This document shows positions 1-10,137 of a stretch of 64,000 nucleotides of DNA, piece by piece (position 1 is the stretch's first letter; the number at the start of each line of letters is the position of its first letter). Source of the DNA: Alphaproteobacteria bacterium (GTDB lineage Bacteria; Pseudomonadota; Alphaproteobacteria; Bin95); contig CBDBGH010000003.1 of NCBI GenBank assembly GCA_965205265.1, positions 2,016,001-2,080,000 of the forward strand, in the 5' to 3' direction. The position numbers and the translations under genes are program-made. The notes under the pieces are model-generated. The model worked only from the letters and a program-made list of their open reading frames with translations. It had not been told where the DNA came from and searched no databases.

Positions 1-1439
1 CAGGTGCCGACCGGGTGGTAGATCGCGAACCCCGCCTCGCGGGCGAAGTCCAGCCACTCCCCGTCGCTCCGCACCGCCGCGCCCGGCAGCTCCTCGAAGG
101 CGACATGGCGGCTCATGGCCTCGGTCTCCATCAGGGCGCGGGCGATCTTCATGCCGCCCACCAGCGCCCGGCGGTCGAACTCCGCGGAAAGATAGTTGCC
201 CCTGATCGCCGGCTGCTCGTCTGCGCAGGCCGAACGGATATGGATCGTCCCGACGCTTTCCGGCCGCGTCTGGTATGTGCCGACGGTCATGCCCGGCGTC
301 CGCGCCAGCGCCTTGGTCCGGGGGTCGTCATAGCTCGCCGGAACGATGTGGTACTGAACGTCCGGGGCGGCGAGATCGTCCCGCGTGCGCACGAATCCCG
401 CGACCACGCCGGGCGTGAGCGTCAACAGCCCGCGCCGCGTCACCGCATAGCGAAGAACCTCGCCGGCGAACGCCAGGCCGCGCGACTTCTCGTTGACGGT
501 GACCGGACGCGCGATGCGCCAGGACTTCCGCACCATGTAATGGTCGCGGTAGTTCTCGCCGACGCCCGGCAGCGCCCTTTGCACCTCGATCCCCTGGGCC
601 CGCAGCACATCGGGGTTGCCGATGCCCGACAATTCCAGCAATTGCGGCGACTGCACCGCGCCTGCCGACAGCGCAATGCCCCGCTCGGCCGCCGCCCGTT
701 CCAGCCGGCCGGCCCGCCGGTATTCCACAGCAACGGCGCGCCCGTCCTCGATCACCACCCGCTCCGCCAGCGCGTGGGTGCGCAACTCGATATTGGGGCG
801 CCTCAACGCGGGCTTCAGGAAGGCCCGGAAGGCGCTGTGCCGAAGGCCGTTCTTCTGGCAGACCTGGTAGTAGCCGAAGCCGTCGTGCGAGGCGCCGTTA
901 TAGTCGGGGTTGCGGGGATAGCCGAGTTCCTCGCCGGCGCGAATGACGTCGTCGGTGAGTTCGAAGCGGTCGCGCATGTCGGAGACCCGAAGCTCTCCGG
1001 ACGTGCCGCGAAAGGCCGGGTCGCCGCCGTCGCGCCGCTCGGACTTCCTGAAGAAGGGCAGCACCTCCTCCCAGGACCAGCCGCGATTGCCCATCTGCGC
1101 CCAGTCGTCGAAGTCGCGCGCGTTGCCGCGCACATAGAGCATGCCGTTGATCGACGACGAGCCGCCTACGACCTTGCCGCGCGGCAGCGGCATGGCGCGG
1201 TTGTGGGTGTAGTCCTCCGGGTCGATCTCGAAGCGCCAGTTCACAGCGCTGCTGTTAAGGGTCCTGGTGTAGCCGGCGGGGATGTGGATGAAGGGGTTGC
1301 GGTCCATCCCGCCCGCCTCCAGCACCAGCACCCGGTGGCCGGCCCGCTCGGAAAGGCGCGCGGCCAGCACGGAGCCGGCCGAGCCGGTGCCGACGACGAT
1401 CCAGTCGAAGCTGCCCGCGTCCTCTGCGCCGCCGTTCAC
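1..1439 (-). CDS. GMC-family oxidoreductase (choline dehydrogenase-like); runs off the left edge
   Basis: Not in the ORF track. Manual translation from GTG at 1439 (overlapping the upstream TGA) gives FDWIVVGTGSAGSVLAARLSE (FAD motif) and PRGKVVGGSSSINGMLYVRG (GMC signature). Confidence 0.9.
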   Translation of the reverse strand, partial: MNGGAEDAGSFDWIVVGTGSAGSVLAARLSERAGHRVLVLEAGGMDRNPFIHIPAGYTRTLNSSAVNWRFEIDPEDYTHNRAMPLPRGKVVGGSSSINGMLYVRGNARDFDDWAQMGNRGWSWEEVLPFFRKSERRDGGDPAFRGTSGELRVSDMRDRFELTDDVIRAGEELGYPRNPDYNGASHDGFGYYQVCQKNGLRHSAFRAFLKPALRRPNIELRTHALAERVVIEDGRAVAVEYRRAGRLERAAAERGIALSAGAVQSPQLLELSGIGNPDVLRAQGIEVQRALPGVGENYRDHYMVRKSWRIARPVTVNEKSRGLAFAGEVLRYAVTRRGLLTLTPGVVAGFVRTRDDLAAPDVQYHIVPASYDDPRTKALARTPGMTVGTYQTRPESVGTIHIRSACADEQPAIRGNYLSAEFDRRALVGGMKIARALMETEAMSRHVAFEELPGAAVRSDGEWLDFAREAGFAIYHPVGT

Positions 1440-2311
1440 AGGTCCACCGATTCCTTCACGCGCCGCATGGCCTCGATATGCGCATCCGCCCCGCGCAAGC
1501 CCGCATCCATCGTGTTCACCGTCAGGTGGGTCGCATCGACGCTCCGCCAGAAGTCGATATCGGCCTGCCAGGACTCCGAGCCTGCAACCTCGCCCCGTTT
1601 GGCGTAGCGCAGCCAGGACTCGATGCCGATGTCGGCCGGGTCGCGCCCGGCCGCGCGGGCATGGTCCCTGAGGCGCTCGACGCGCGCCGCCGTCTTGTCG
1701 GAAGGCGTGACCAGCGGAAACCAGCCGTCGCCGATGCGCCCGATGCGCTCGATGGTCGCCTCGGCATGGCCGCCGATCCAGATCGGGATCGGGCGCTGTA
1801 CGGGCAGCGGGGCGATGCCGGCGTCCCGGAACCCGTGCCAGCGGCCCTCGAAGGTCACCAGCTCCTCGGTCCAGAGCCGGCGCAACAGCGCGATCTGCTC
1901 CTCCGAACGTTTGCCGCGATTGGTGAAGTCCTCGTTCAGCGCCTGGAATTCGACCTGGTTCCAGCCGACCCCGATGCCGAACCGGAGCCGCCCGCCGGAC
2001 AGGATATCCACCTCCGCCGCCTGCTTGGCGACCAGCGCCGTCTGGCGCTGCGGCAGGATGAGGATGCCGGTGACGAACCCGATCCGCTCCGTCAGCGCCG
2101 CAAGCCAGCCGAACAGCACCATCGGCTCGTGGAACATCGACTTGTGCGTATAGGGGCCGGTCAGGGTGTGCGCCGCCGGGTCGGCCCCCAGCACATGGTC
2201 GAAGGCGAGCAGGTGCGCGTAGCCAAGCTCTTCCGCCGCCTGCGCGAAGTCGCGGCAGGCCGCCGGATCGGCCCCGATCTCCGTCTGCGGAAACACAACC
2301 CCGAGCTTCAT
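1436..2311 (-). CDS. LLM-class (probably F420-dependent) oxidoreductase
   Basis: Motifs MKLGVVFPQTEIG, AEELGY, DHV, LVAKQAAEVDILSGGRLRFGIGVGWN, PIPIWIGG. Confidence 0.85.
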   Translation of the reverse strand: MKLGVVFPQTEIGADPAACRDFAQAAEELGYAHLLAFDHVLGADPAAHTLTGPYTHKSMFHEPMVLFGWLAALTERIGFVTGILILPQRQTALVAKQAAEVDILSGGRLRFGIGVGWNQVEFQALNEDFTNRGKRSEEQIALLRRLWTEELVTFEGRWHGFRDAGIAPLPVQRPIPIWIGGHAEATIERIGRIGDGWFPLVTPSDKTAARVERLRDHARAAGRDPADIGIESWLRYAKRGEVAGSESWQADIDFWRSVDATHLTVNTMDAGLRGADAHIEAMRRVKESVDL

Positions 2312-2482
2312 GTCAGCCCCTCCCTCGCGGCGCTCTTGTTTTGCAAGCCGGAGCTGAGTTTATCCCTCGCAAGGTCCGCGGCACAGACCGGGATATGCCC
2401 AGTCGCGAGCCAAGACGGCTTTTGCCGAGGCGGTCGCCGAACCGGGTTCCATCGCCGGGTAGCTGGCCACGTTTGTAGCCGG

Positions 2483-2878
2483 TCAGTCTGACGCTTCGGT
2501 TCGCAATCCCGCATGGCGCGCAAGCACATCGAAGTCGGAGTCGTTGTGCAGAACGGCTGCATCCGCGCGAATTGCGATAGCGCCGATGAAGCAGTCGAGC
2601 AGCTTGCGAACGGTTTCTCCTTCGCGGCGGCATCGCCGGTAGAGGACGGCTGCTTCGTCGAAGTCGCCCGGCACCGTCGGGAGGATGATCGCTCTCGCAA
2701 GCAGCCGGCGCAGGCTCGACAAGTGGCGTTCGTCCCGCGCTCCGGCAAGCACTTCCATGCGAACTGCGTCGCACACCGCAATTTCTTCTCTGTCCAGCAA
2801 GGCATCGACGCGCTCGCAGATCGGCGAGCGGGTATTGCGAAGGAACTCGACCCATGCCGAGGTGTCGATCAGGATCAC
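2483..2878 (-). CDS. vapC: PIN-domain toxin VapC
   Basis: MILIDTSAW...E...DCFIGAIA...HNDSDFD acidic PIN residues; coupled to the upstream antitoxin. Confidence 0.9.
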   Translation of the reverse strand: MILIDTSAWVEFLRNTRSPICERVDALLDREEIAVCDAVRMEVLAGARDERHLSSLRRLLARAIILPTVPGDFDEAAVLYRRCRREGETVRKLLDCFIGAIAIRADAAVLHNDSDFDVLARHAGLRTEASD

Positions 2879-3078
2879 GTCAGACGACCGGTCCGCATTT
2901 CGTCCAGATCGCCTTCCCAGCCCGATCCGCGCATTTGTCGGGCCTCATCGAGGCTCAACGGTTCCGCCGCCACCAGGCGCAACGCAAAATTGACCGCTTC
3001 CCGCTTCGTGCTCAAGCTGTAACGGTGCATGACTTCAGCGCAGGCTCGGTCGTCGATGTCTATATTGGTGCGTGCCAT
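2875..3078 (-). CDS. vapB: VapB antitoxin
   Basis: MARTNIDIDD...TKREAVNFALR...GWEGDLDEMR; 4-bp overlap with vapC. Confidence 0.85.
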   Translation of the reverse strand: MARTNIDIDDRACAEVMHRYSLSTKREAVNFALRLVAAEPLSLDEARQMRGSGWEGDLDEMRTGRLT

Positions 3079-3093
3079 GTGTAAAACATACAC
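3079..3093. promoter_or_regulatory. Probable vapBC operator palindrome overlapping a -10 box
   Basis: GTGTA-N5-TACAC directly abuts the vapB ATG; the minus strand reads TATGTT-N6-ATG. Confidence 0.6.
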
Positions 3094-3145
3094 CAAACGA
3101 TGGGGAGAACAAGTCCCTTAAGTCGCGAAGCGATCCGCCTCCCGT

Positions 3146-4597
3146 TCAGTAGCCCGGCGGGGGCCGGAAGCCGCCGAAATGGCGTTCGATCAGCCGCGCG
3201 GTGTGGATGCAGGCCCGGTCGCCGAGATAGGGGCCGACGATCTGGATGCCGCCGGGCAGGCCGTCGCGCGCAATCCCCGCCGGCGCCACGGCGCCCGGCA
3301 GGTAGCACACACCGTTGAAGCCCGCCCAGAACAGCTGGTCGGTCGTCGCCACCTCGCGATTGTTCACCCGGACCGTGCGCTGGTAGCGCTCGCCCTCATG
3401 GTCGTGCGGAAAGGCGGTGGAGGCCGCGACGGGGCAGAGCAGCACGTCCCAGTCCCGGAAGAAGCGGTGCCAGGCCCAGCGGAAATGCTCGCGCTGCTCC
3501 CGGAGCGCCAGCCACTCCCGGTGCCTCATCGTGTTGCCGCGCGCCATGCGGGCGTAGTAGCTCGGGTCGTCTGCGCCGAGCCGCTCCATGGCTTCCTCAT
3601 GCTCGCGCAGCACGGCTTCCGGCTGGCGGGCGCTGGTCGCGGCCCGCAGCAGCAGGACGTAGTTCTCGTGGAGCGCCGCCATGTCGATCTCGGGCCGCGC
3701 CGCGTCGCTGACGACCGCTCCCGTCGCAGCGATGCGGTCCACAAGGTCCTGCAGCAGGTCGCCATAAACCGTATCGACCTCGGACGGCTCGGAGTCCAGC
3801 ATGACGGCGACGCGCAGGCCTTCGAAGCCGGGAACGCGGGGGCCCGGCAGGTCGAGCTTGTAACCCGCCGCCTCCATTTCGTCGGGACCCGCCATGGCGT
3901 CCAGCGCGGCTTCCAGGTCGTCCGCCGAGCGCGCCAGCGGCCCGACCACGGAAATGTCCGACTGCGCCAGCACGCCCGGCAGAGCGTGGCCGCGCGGCGG
4001 GCAGAGGCCCCAGCTCGGCTTGTGGCCGAACACGCCGCAATAATGCGCCGGATTGCGGATCGAGGCGCCGATGTCGCTGCCGGCGTCGATGCCGGTCATG
4101 CCGGCCGCGAGCGCCGCGCCGGAGCCGCCCGAGGAGCCGCCCGGCGTCCTGCCCAGATCCCAGGGATTGTTGGTGACGCCGTAAATGTCGTTGTAGCTCT
4201 GCCAGTCGGCCAGCATCAGCGGCACGTTGGTCTTGCCGAACAGGTTGACGCCGGCGGCCTTCAGCCGCTGCACCGATACACAGTCCGTCCCGGCGATATT
4301 GTCGCGAAACTCGGGGTCGCCCCAGGTCGTCGGCGAGCCCGCCAGGTCGTAACTCTCCTTGATCGTCATCGGCACGCCGTGAAGCGGCGGCAGGTCCCCG
4401 CCGCGGGCGGTCGCGCTGTCGGCGGCCCGCGCCGTCTCGCGCGCCGTCTCGCGGTCCTGCCAGATGACTGCGTTGAGGGCCGGGTTGTGCCTGTCGATGC
4501 GCTCGAAATACAGGTCCAGTAATTCCTCCGCCCCGATCTCCCGCGTGCGAATCATGGCGGCCAGCTCGGTTGCGGATTTGAACGCGGTCTCGGTCAT
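3146..4597 (-). CDS. Amidase (amidase-signature family)
   Basis: PLHGVPMTIKES, TPGGSSGGS, GSDIGASIRNPA; start placed at MTETAFKS. Confidence 0.9.
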   Translation of the reverse strand: MTETAFKSATELAAMIRTREIGAEELLDLYFERIDRHNPALNAVIWQDRETARETARAADSATARGGDLPPLHGVPMTIKESYDLAGSPTTWGDPEFRDNIAGTDCVSVQRLKAAGVNLFGKTNVPLMLADWQSYNDIYGVTNNPWDLGRTPGGSSGGSGAALAAGMTGIDAGSDIGASIRNPAHYCGVFGHKPSWGLCPPRGHALPGVLAQSDISVVGPLARSADDLEAALDAMAGPDEMEAAGYKLDLPGPRVPGFEGLRVAVMLDSEPSEVDTVYGDLLQDLVDRIAATGAVVSDAARPEIDMAALHENYVLLLRAATSARQPEAVLREHEEAMERLGADDPSYYARMARGNTMRHREWLALREQREHFRWAWHRFFRDWDVLLCPVAASTAFPHDHEGERYQRTVRVNNREVATTDQLFWAGFNGVCYLPGAVAPAGIARDGLPGGIQIVGPYLGDRACIHTARLIERHFGGFRPPPGY

Positions 4598-4659
4598 GGC
4601 GGCTCTCCCCCTATTCTCCCGATGCGCTATATTGCACGAAGAACGACGGAGGCGCGGCA

Positions 4660-5529
4660 ATGGAATTCACACCGATCTCGGGCGCGTGCGGCGCGGAGGT
4701 CTCCGGCATCGACCTGGAGCGCGACCTGACGCCGGAGCGCATCGAGGCCCTGACGGCCGGACTCGGCGAATACGGCGTGCTGGTCTTTCGCGGGCAGACG
4801 CTCTCGCCGGAAGGCCACCTTGCGATGGGCGAGGCGTTCGGCGGCGTCAACATCAACCGCTTCTTCAAGGCGGTGGACGGCTGGCCGGGTATCGCCGAGG
4901 TGCGCAAGGAGCCCGAGCAGAAGGCGAATATCGGCGGCGAGTGGCACACCGACCATACCTACGACATCGAGCCGGCGCTGGGCTCGATCCTGGTCGCGCG
5001 CGAATTGCCGCCCTTCGGCGGCGACACGCAATTCTCCAGCATGTATGCCGCCTGGGACGCGCTCTCGGACGGGCTGAAGGCGATGCTCTCGGGCATGAAG
5101 GCCGTGCATTCGAGCCGCCATGTCTTCGGGACGGACGCCAGCTATGTGAGGGACGGCAGCGATATCGGGAACCGGCTCGGCAACAGGGAGGCCGCGACGC
5201 AGGACGCCGTGCATCCGGTCGTCATCCGCCATCCGGTGAGCGGCCGGCCGTCGCTTTATGTGAACCGCGGCTTCACGGTGCGGTTCGACGGATGGACGGT
5301 CGAAGAGAGCCGCCCGCTGCTGCAGACGCTCTACGAGCACGGGAGCCGGCCCGAATTCACCTGCCGGGTGCGGTTCGAGCCGGGCACGGTGGTCTTCTGG
5401 GACAACCGCGCCACCTGGCATTGCGCGCTCAACGACTATGCCGGCCACCGTCGCCTGATGCACCGCGTCACGGTGGAAGGCGCGCCGCTGCCGGCCTGGC
5501 GGCCCGAGGCGGAGCGCGCCGCCGCCTGA
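4660..5529 (+). CDS. TauD/TfdA-family Fe(II)/2-oxoglutarate dioxygenase
   Basis: WHTD, GGDTQF, HPVVIRHPVSGR, WDNRATWH, RLMHR. Confidence 0.9.
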   Translation: MEFTPISGACGAEVSGIDLERDLTPERIEALTAGLGEYGVLVFRGQTLSPEGHLAMGEAFGGVNINRFFKAVDGWPGIAEVRKEPEQKANIGGEWHTDHTYDIEPALGSILVARELPPFGGDTQFSSMYAAWDALSDGLKAMLSGMKAVHSSRHVFGTDASYVRDGSDIGNRLGNREAATQDAVHPVVIRHPVSGRPSLYVNRGFTVRFDGWTVEESRPLLQTLYEHGSRPEFTCRVRFEPGTVVFWDNRATWHCALNDYAGHRRLMHRVTVEGAPLPAWRPEAERAAA

Positions 5530-5545
5530 CCCGCCCAAGCCCTGC

Positions 5546-6862
5546 TCAGCCGTAGAACAGCCGCGGCAGGGCGAGCGAAAGCGCGGGAAAGGCGACCAGG
5601 AGCGCGAGGCGCCCGATATCGGCGCACCAGAACGGCGTCACGCCCTTGAACACCGTGCTGGTCCTGACGTCCTTGAGCACGCCCGAGAGCACGAAGACAT
5701 TGAGGCCGACCGGCGGCGTTATCAGGCTGATTTCGGTGACCACGACGGCAATGATGCCGAACCAGACCAGAATTGCCTCCTCGCCCAGCCCCGCATAGCC
5801 GAGCCCCTGCACGACCGGAAAGAAGATCGGGATCGTCAGCAGCAGCATCGACAGGCTCTCGAAGACGCAGCCGAGCACGAGATAGATTGCAAGGATGATC
5901 GCGATTACCGCGAGCGGCGGCAGGTCGTATCCCGCAACCAGCGAGAGCAGGCCGTCCGGCAGCCCGCCCCGGTTGACGAAGTTCGAGAAGATCAGCGCGC
6001 CGATCAGCACGGTGAACAGCATCGCCGTGGTGCGCGCGCTGTCGGTCAGCACTTCCAGCAGAGAGCGCCAGGTGAGCGCACCCCGGGCGAGCGCGATGAG
6101 GAAAGCGCCGCCGGCCCCGATGCCGGCGGCCTCCGTCGGGGTGAACAGCCCGCCGTAGATCCCGCCCATCACCAGCACGAACAGCAGCAGCGTGCCCCAG
6201 ACGCCGCCGAGCGCGGCCAGGCGTTCCCGCCACGGGGTGCGCTCCGCCCTCGGCCCCTCCTCGGGGCGCCGCCAGACAACCCATTGCACGGCGCCGAGAT
6301 AGAACAGCACTCCTATGAGGCCGGGAATGAAGCCAGCGGCGAACAGTTCGCGGATGCTGGTCTCCGTCATCAGCCCGTAGAGCACGAGAATGACGCTGGG
6401 CGGGATCAGGATGCCGAGCGTGCCCCCGGCGGCGATCGAGGCCGAGGCGAGGCTGTCCGAATATCCGTAGCGGCGCATCGGCGGCATGGCCACCCTGGAC
6501 ATCGTCGCCGCCGTCGCGAGGCTCGAGCCGCAGATCGCCGAGAAGCCGCCGCAGGCGACGATCGTCGCCATCGACAGCCCGCCCCGCCTGTGGCCGAGAA
6601 AGGCGTGGGAGGCGGAATAGAGTTCGCCGGACAGGCCGGCCCGGGAGACGAAGTTGCCCATCAGGATGAACAGCGGCACCACCGACAGGCCGTAGGAAAG
6701 GGCCGTTTCGGAGACCAGCGTGCCGACCATCGAGAGCGACGGCTTCCATCCCGTCAGATAGCCGAAGCCGGCGAAGCCCACGAGGCCCATCGCGAATGCG
6801 ATCGGCATCCTGACGAATACCAGGACGAGAAGTGCTGCAAAGCCGATGAAAACGACGTCCAT
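5546..6862 (-). CDS. dctM: TRAP transporter large permease
   Basis: Hydrophobic 438 aa; GTLGILIPPS, FTPTEAA, ITPPVGLNVF. Confidence 0.9.
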   Translation of the reverse strand: MDVVFIGFAALLVLVFVRMPIAFAMGLVGFAGFGYLTGWKPSLSMVGTLVSETALSYGLSVVPLFILMGNFVSRAGLSGELYSASHAFLGHRRGGLSMATIVACGGFSAICGSSLATAATMSRVAMPPMRRYGYSDSLASASIAAGGTLGILIPPSVILVLYGLMTETSIRELFAAGFIPGLIGVLFYLGAVQWVVWRRPEEGPRAERTPWRERLAALGGVWGTLLLFVLVMGGIYGGLFTPTEAAGIGAGGAFLIALARGALTWRSLLEVLTDSARTTAMLFTVLIGALIFSNFVNRGGLPDGLLSLVAGYDLPPLAVIAIILAIYLVLGCVFESLSMLLLTIPIFFPVVQGLGYAGLGEEAILVWFGIIAVVVTEISLITPPVGLNVFVLSGVLKDVRTSTVFKGVTPFWCADIGRLALLVAFPALSLALPRLFYG

Positions 6863-6883
6863 GGTCCCCGAACCGTTATCCGG

Positions 6884-7441
6884 TCAGGCGGTTCCGCGAT
6901 CGCCCGGCGCATCCTTCGCGGGGGCCGTCGAAAGCGCCGCCCGCGCGTGGCGGACGGTATTGGCAACGAACGCCGCCGCGCCGCAGGCGCTGAGCGCGGC
7001 GATGAAGTAGTTGATCGGCGCCAGCCTGATTTCGAGGAATTCGGTCGCGTCTCCGTAGTCGGCAGTCAGGCCGGCGATGATCCAGACCCGCCAGGCCACG
7101 AAGCCGAGCGCGACCGCCATGACCGCGTTCAGAACCGCCTGGCGCAGCGGGACCAGCCGTTCGGGGTACCAGAGATCGAGGAGATCGACGGAGACATGCT
7201 CTTCGCGAAGACAGACCGAGGGAAGAATTGCGAACACGATGACGCCCAGCATAAGCTGCGTCAGCTCGGTCGCGCCGTCCAGAGGGGTCCCGAAGAGTTC
7301 GCGTCCGATGACGTCGACGCAGGTCATCACCATCAACGCGAACAACACGAGCGCGGACGCCCCTTCCGGAAGGGCGATCGGCCACCCGCCGCGGCGCGGT
7401 CCGGAAGGGGTCGTCTCTTCGGGTCGATCGGACTCGTTCAC
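6884..7441 (-). CDS. dctQ: TRAP transporter small permease
   Basis: C-terminal part of ORF 6884..8326; GTG start overlaps the dctP stop; DVIGRE...ELTQ...HVSVDLL. Confidence 0.85.
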   Translation of the reverse strand: MNESDRPEETTPSGPRRGGWPIALPEGASALVLFALMVMTCVDVIGRELFGTPLDGATELTQLMLGVIVFAILPSVCLREEHVSVDLLDLWYPERLVPLRQAVLNAVMAVALGFVAWRVWIIAGLTADYGDATEFLEIRLAPINYFIAALSACGAAAFVANTVRHARAALSTAPAKDAPGDRGTA

Positions 7442-8457
7442 CTGGCCTTGTCGTATTCGCGGGCGATCCGGCGGAGGTCTTCGAGCGCGGCCCGGGCGTC
7501 GTAGCCGTCCTTGCTGGCACGCTCGATCCAGGCTTCCTCCACCGGCTTCATAAGGGCGAGATATTCCTCCTTCATGGCCGGGCTCGCCTCCTGGATTGCG
7601 GTTCCCGCTTCCTTCGCCGCCGCCAGGCCGGCCTTGTCGGCAGCATCCCACTGAGTGCCGGCGAACTGCGACAGCTTGAGGCCCGATACGCTCATCACCG
7701 CCTTCCGGTCGGCCTCCGACATCCCGTCCAGCGCGGCCGGGTTCATGATGAGCGCGAAGCTGCCGTAATAGAGCCCGCCCGGCATGACGGTCACATGCGG
7801 GACGACCTCTTTCAGGCGGAAGGATTTCTGGGTCTCTATCGGCATGAAGATGCCGTCCGCGACGCCGGACGACAAAGCCTCGTAGACCTTGGGAGCGGGC
7901 AGTTTCACCGCGGTGACGCCAAGCGCCTTGCCGGCCAGGCTGCCGACGCCGCCGGGCACCCGGATCTTCATGCCCTCGAGGTCCGAAAGCGCCGTCAGGG
8001 GCTTCTTCGTCTGAATGACCGCCGGACCGTGCGACATCAGCCCGATCAGCACGGTGCCGCGGTGTTCGTTGGCCTTGTGGAGGTATTTCTCGTGCACCTT
8101 CCAGTAGGCGACGCTGGCGGCCTCGGCGCTGGTGCCGAGGTTCGGCATCTCGACCACCTGCGAGGCCACATAGCGCGTATTGTAGCCGTGGAAGATCCAG
8201 GCGGCATCCGCAATGCCGTCGCGCACAAGGGCGAACTGGTTCAGCGGCGACGCCAGCTTGTATTCGATTTTGGTTGTCACCCGGCCCTCGGTCGCTTCGC
8301 TGACCCATTTCCCCCATGTCGGCCATACGACAGCGTTGATGGGATGGGTCGGCGGGGCCCAGCTCGAAATCCTGAGGACCGTTTCGGCCCCCGACGGCGC
8401 CGCTGCCAGGGCCCCTGCGAGGCAGGCGGTCAGCAAGGTCGCAATACGTTTCAGCAT
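7438..8457 (-). CDS. dctP: TRAP transporter substrate-binding protein
   Basis: Signal peptide MLKRIATLL...; DLEGMKIRVPG, VYEALSSGVADG. Confidence 0.9.
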   Translation of the reverse strand: MLKRIATLLTACLAGALAAAPSGAETVLRISSWAPPTHPINAVVWPTWGKWVSEATEGRVTTKIEYKLASPLNQFALVRDGIADAAWIFHGYNTRYVASQVVEMPNLGTSAEAASVAYWKVHEKYLHKANEHRGTVLIGLMSHGPAVIQTKKPLTALSDLEGMKIRVPGGVGSLAGKALGVTAVKLPAPKVYEALSSGVADGIFMPIETQKSFRLKEVVPHVTVMPGGLYYGSFALIMNPAALDGMSEADRKAVMSVSGLKLSQFAGTQWDAADKAGLAAAKEAGTAIQEASPAMKEEYLALMKPVEEAWIERASKDGYDARAALEDLRRIAREYDKAR

Positions 8458-8566
8458 GGTGGTCTCCCTTTTCGTCAGCCGCGGGCGCGTGGGACGGGAG
8501 CGCACGGCGTTCGACTGGCGAAACCCTAACCCGGATTTCCCCCGAAGGTCACGGTCTGTATCCGGC

Positions 8567-9400
8567 TCAGTCCCAGGCGGCCAGCGGCGGAAGCGACATC
8601 AGGATGGCGTCGATATTGCCGCCGGTCATCAGGCCGAAGCGGGTGCCCCGGTCATGGAGCAGGTTGAACTCCACATAGCGCCCGCGCCGGCGGAGCTGGT
8701 GCATGCGGTCGGCCTCCGTCCAGGGCTCGTCCATCCGCATGCCCACGATCCGGGGATAAACCTCCAGCACCGCGCGCCCGACATCCTGCACGAAGGCGAA
8801 GTCCGCCTCCCAGTCGCCGCTCGCCAGATTGTCGAAGAAGATGCCGCCGAGCCCGCGCGGCTCGCCCCGGTGCGGCAGGTGGAAATACTCGTCGCACCAG
8901 GCCTTGAAGCGGGGATAGTAGCCCGCGTCGCGGCGGTTGCAGGCGTCTTCGAGCGCGGCGTGGAAGGCGCGCCCCTCCTCGGCCGCGCGCTCCGGGAACA
9001 TCGGTGTGAGGTCCGCCCCGCCGCCGAACCAGGCCCGGGTCGTTTCGATATAACGGGTGTTCATGTGCATGGCCGGCACGAAGGGCGAGGCCATATGCGC
9101 GACCAGCGAGATGCCGGAAGCCCAGAAGCGCGGATCTTCCTCCGCGCCCGGTATCTGCGCCCGGAACTCTTCCGAGAAGGCGCCGTGCACGGTCGAGACA
9201 TTGACGCCGACCTTCTCGAACACCTCGCCCTTCATCACGGACATGACGCCGCCGCCGCCGCCCGGCCGCTCCCAGCTTCGGCGTTCGAATCGCGCGCCGC
9301 CCGGCTCCAGCGCCTCGAAGGCGGCGCAGAAACCGTCGCGCAACTCCTCGAACCAGAGCCGCGCCCTTGTCCGGCGCGTCGCGGATGCGTCCGTCACCAT
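8567..9400 (-). CDS. hemF: Oxygen-dependent coproporphyrinogen III oxidase
   Basis: [44 protein letters not shown]. Confidence 0.95.
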   Translation of the reverse strand: MVTDASATRRTRARLWFEELRDGFCAAFEALEPGGARFERRSWERPGGGGGVMSVMKGEVFEKVGVNVSTVHGAFSEEFRAQIPGAEEDPRFWASGISLVAHMASPFVPAMHMNTRYIETTRAWFGGGADLTPMFPERAAEEGRAFHAALEDACNRRDAGYYPRFKAWCDEYFHLPHRGEPRGLGGIFFDNLASGDWEADFAFVQDVGRAVLEVYPRIVGMRMDEPWTEADRMHQLRRRGRYVEFNLLHDRGTRFGLMTGGNIDAILMSLPPLAAWD

Positions 9401-9586
9401 CGGCTTTCCCTGCGGCGGAACCTGCCTGCAATGTGGGGCATATCCGCCTGCAAATGAACGATTGTGCGCCCGCAAGGGCATTTACGCGGCATCGGGTCGC
9501 ATAGCGGCGCGGGGGCCGCAAGACATACTCGAATGGGCTATGCGGCGAGCGCCCGCTGTCCATAGGCGCGGGGAGTTTTTTTGGAC

Positions 9587-10132
9587 ATGGCGGCAACGGC
9601 GGACGGGGCGGGCGGCGACGGCGTCACGCGCCGCGACTTTCTGGAATATGCGGCGGGCGGCATGGGCGCTGTTGGCGCAGCCGCGACCGCCTGGGCGTTT
9701 ATCGACAACATGAACCCCGCGGCCGACGTGCTTGCGCTCTCGACCACCGAGGTCGATCTGGAACCCATCGAGCCGGGACAGTCGATCACCGTCGTCTGGC
9801 AGAAGAAGCCGGTGTTCGTGCGCCGGCGCACCGAAGCCGAAATCCGCGAAGCCGAAGATACCCCGCTGGACGCGCTGCCGGACCCGATGGCCGATGCTGA
9901 CAGGGTCCAGAAGGCGGAATGGCTGATCCTGGTGGGCGTGTGCACCCATCTCGGCTGCATTCCGCTCGGGCAGAAGGACACCGATGAGAAGGGCGAATAC
10001 GGAGGCTGGTTCTGCCCCTGCCACGGCTCGCACTACGACACCTCAGGGCGCATCCGCAAGGGGCCGGCGCCGGAGAACCTGCCCGTGCCGCCATACCAAT
10101 TCCTCGACGACACCCGCATCCTGATCGGTTGA
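9587..10132 (+). CDS. petA: Cytochrome bc1 Rieske Fe-S subunit
   Basis: Tat motif TRRDFL; CTHLGC and CPCHGS. Confidence 0.97.
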   Translation: MAATADGAGGDGVTRRDFLEYAAGGMGAVGAAATAWAFIDNMNPAADVLALSTTEVDLEPIEPGQSITVVWQKKPVFVRRRTEAEIREAEDTPLDALPDPMADADRVQKAEWLILVGVCTHLGCIPLGQKDTDEKGEYGGWFCPCHGSHYDTSGRIRKGPAPENLPVPPYQFLDDTRILIG

Positions 10133-10137
10133 GTTCG

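Noticed and set aside
15-1607. Long antisense or shadow ORFs (also 12796-15045, 29035-31095, 38446-40875, 43932-46304)
   Set aside because: They lie opposite well-supported genes, are Arg/Ala/Gly-rich with no motifs, and are expected in high-GC DNA.
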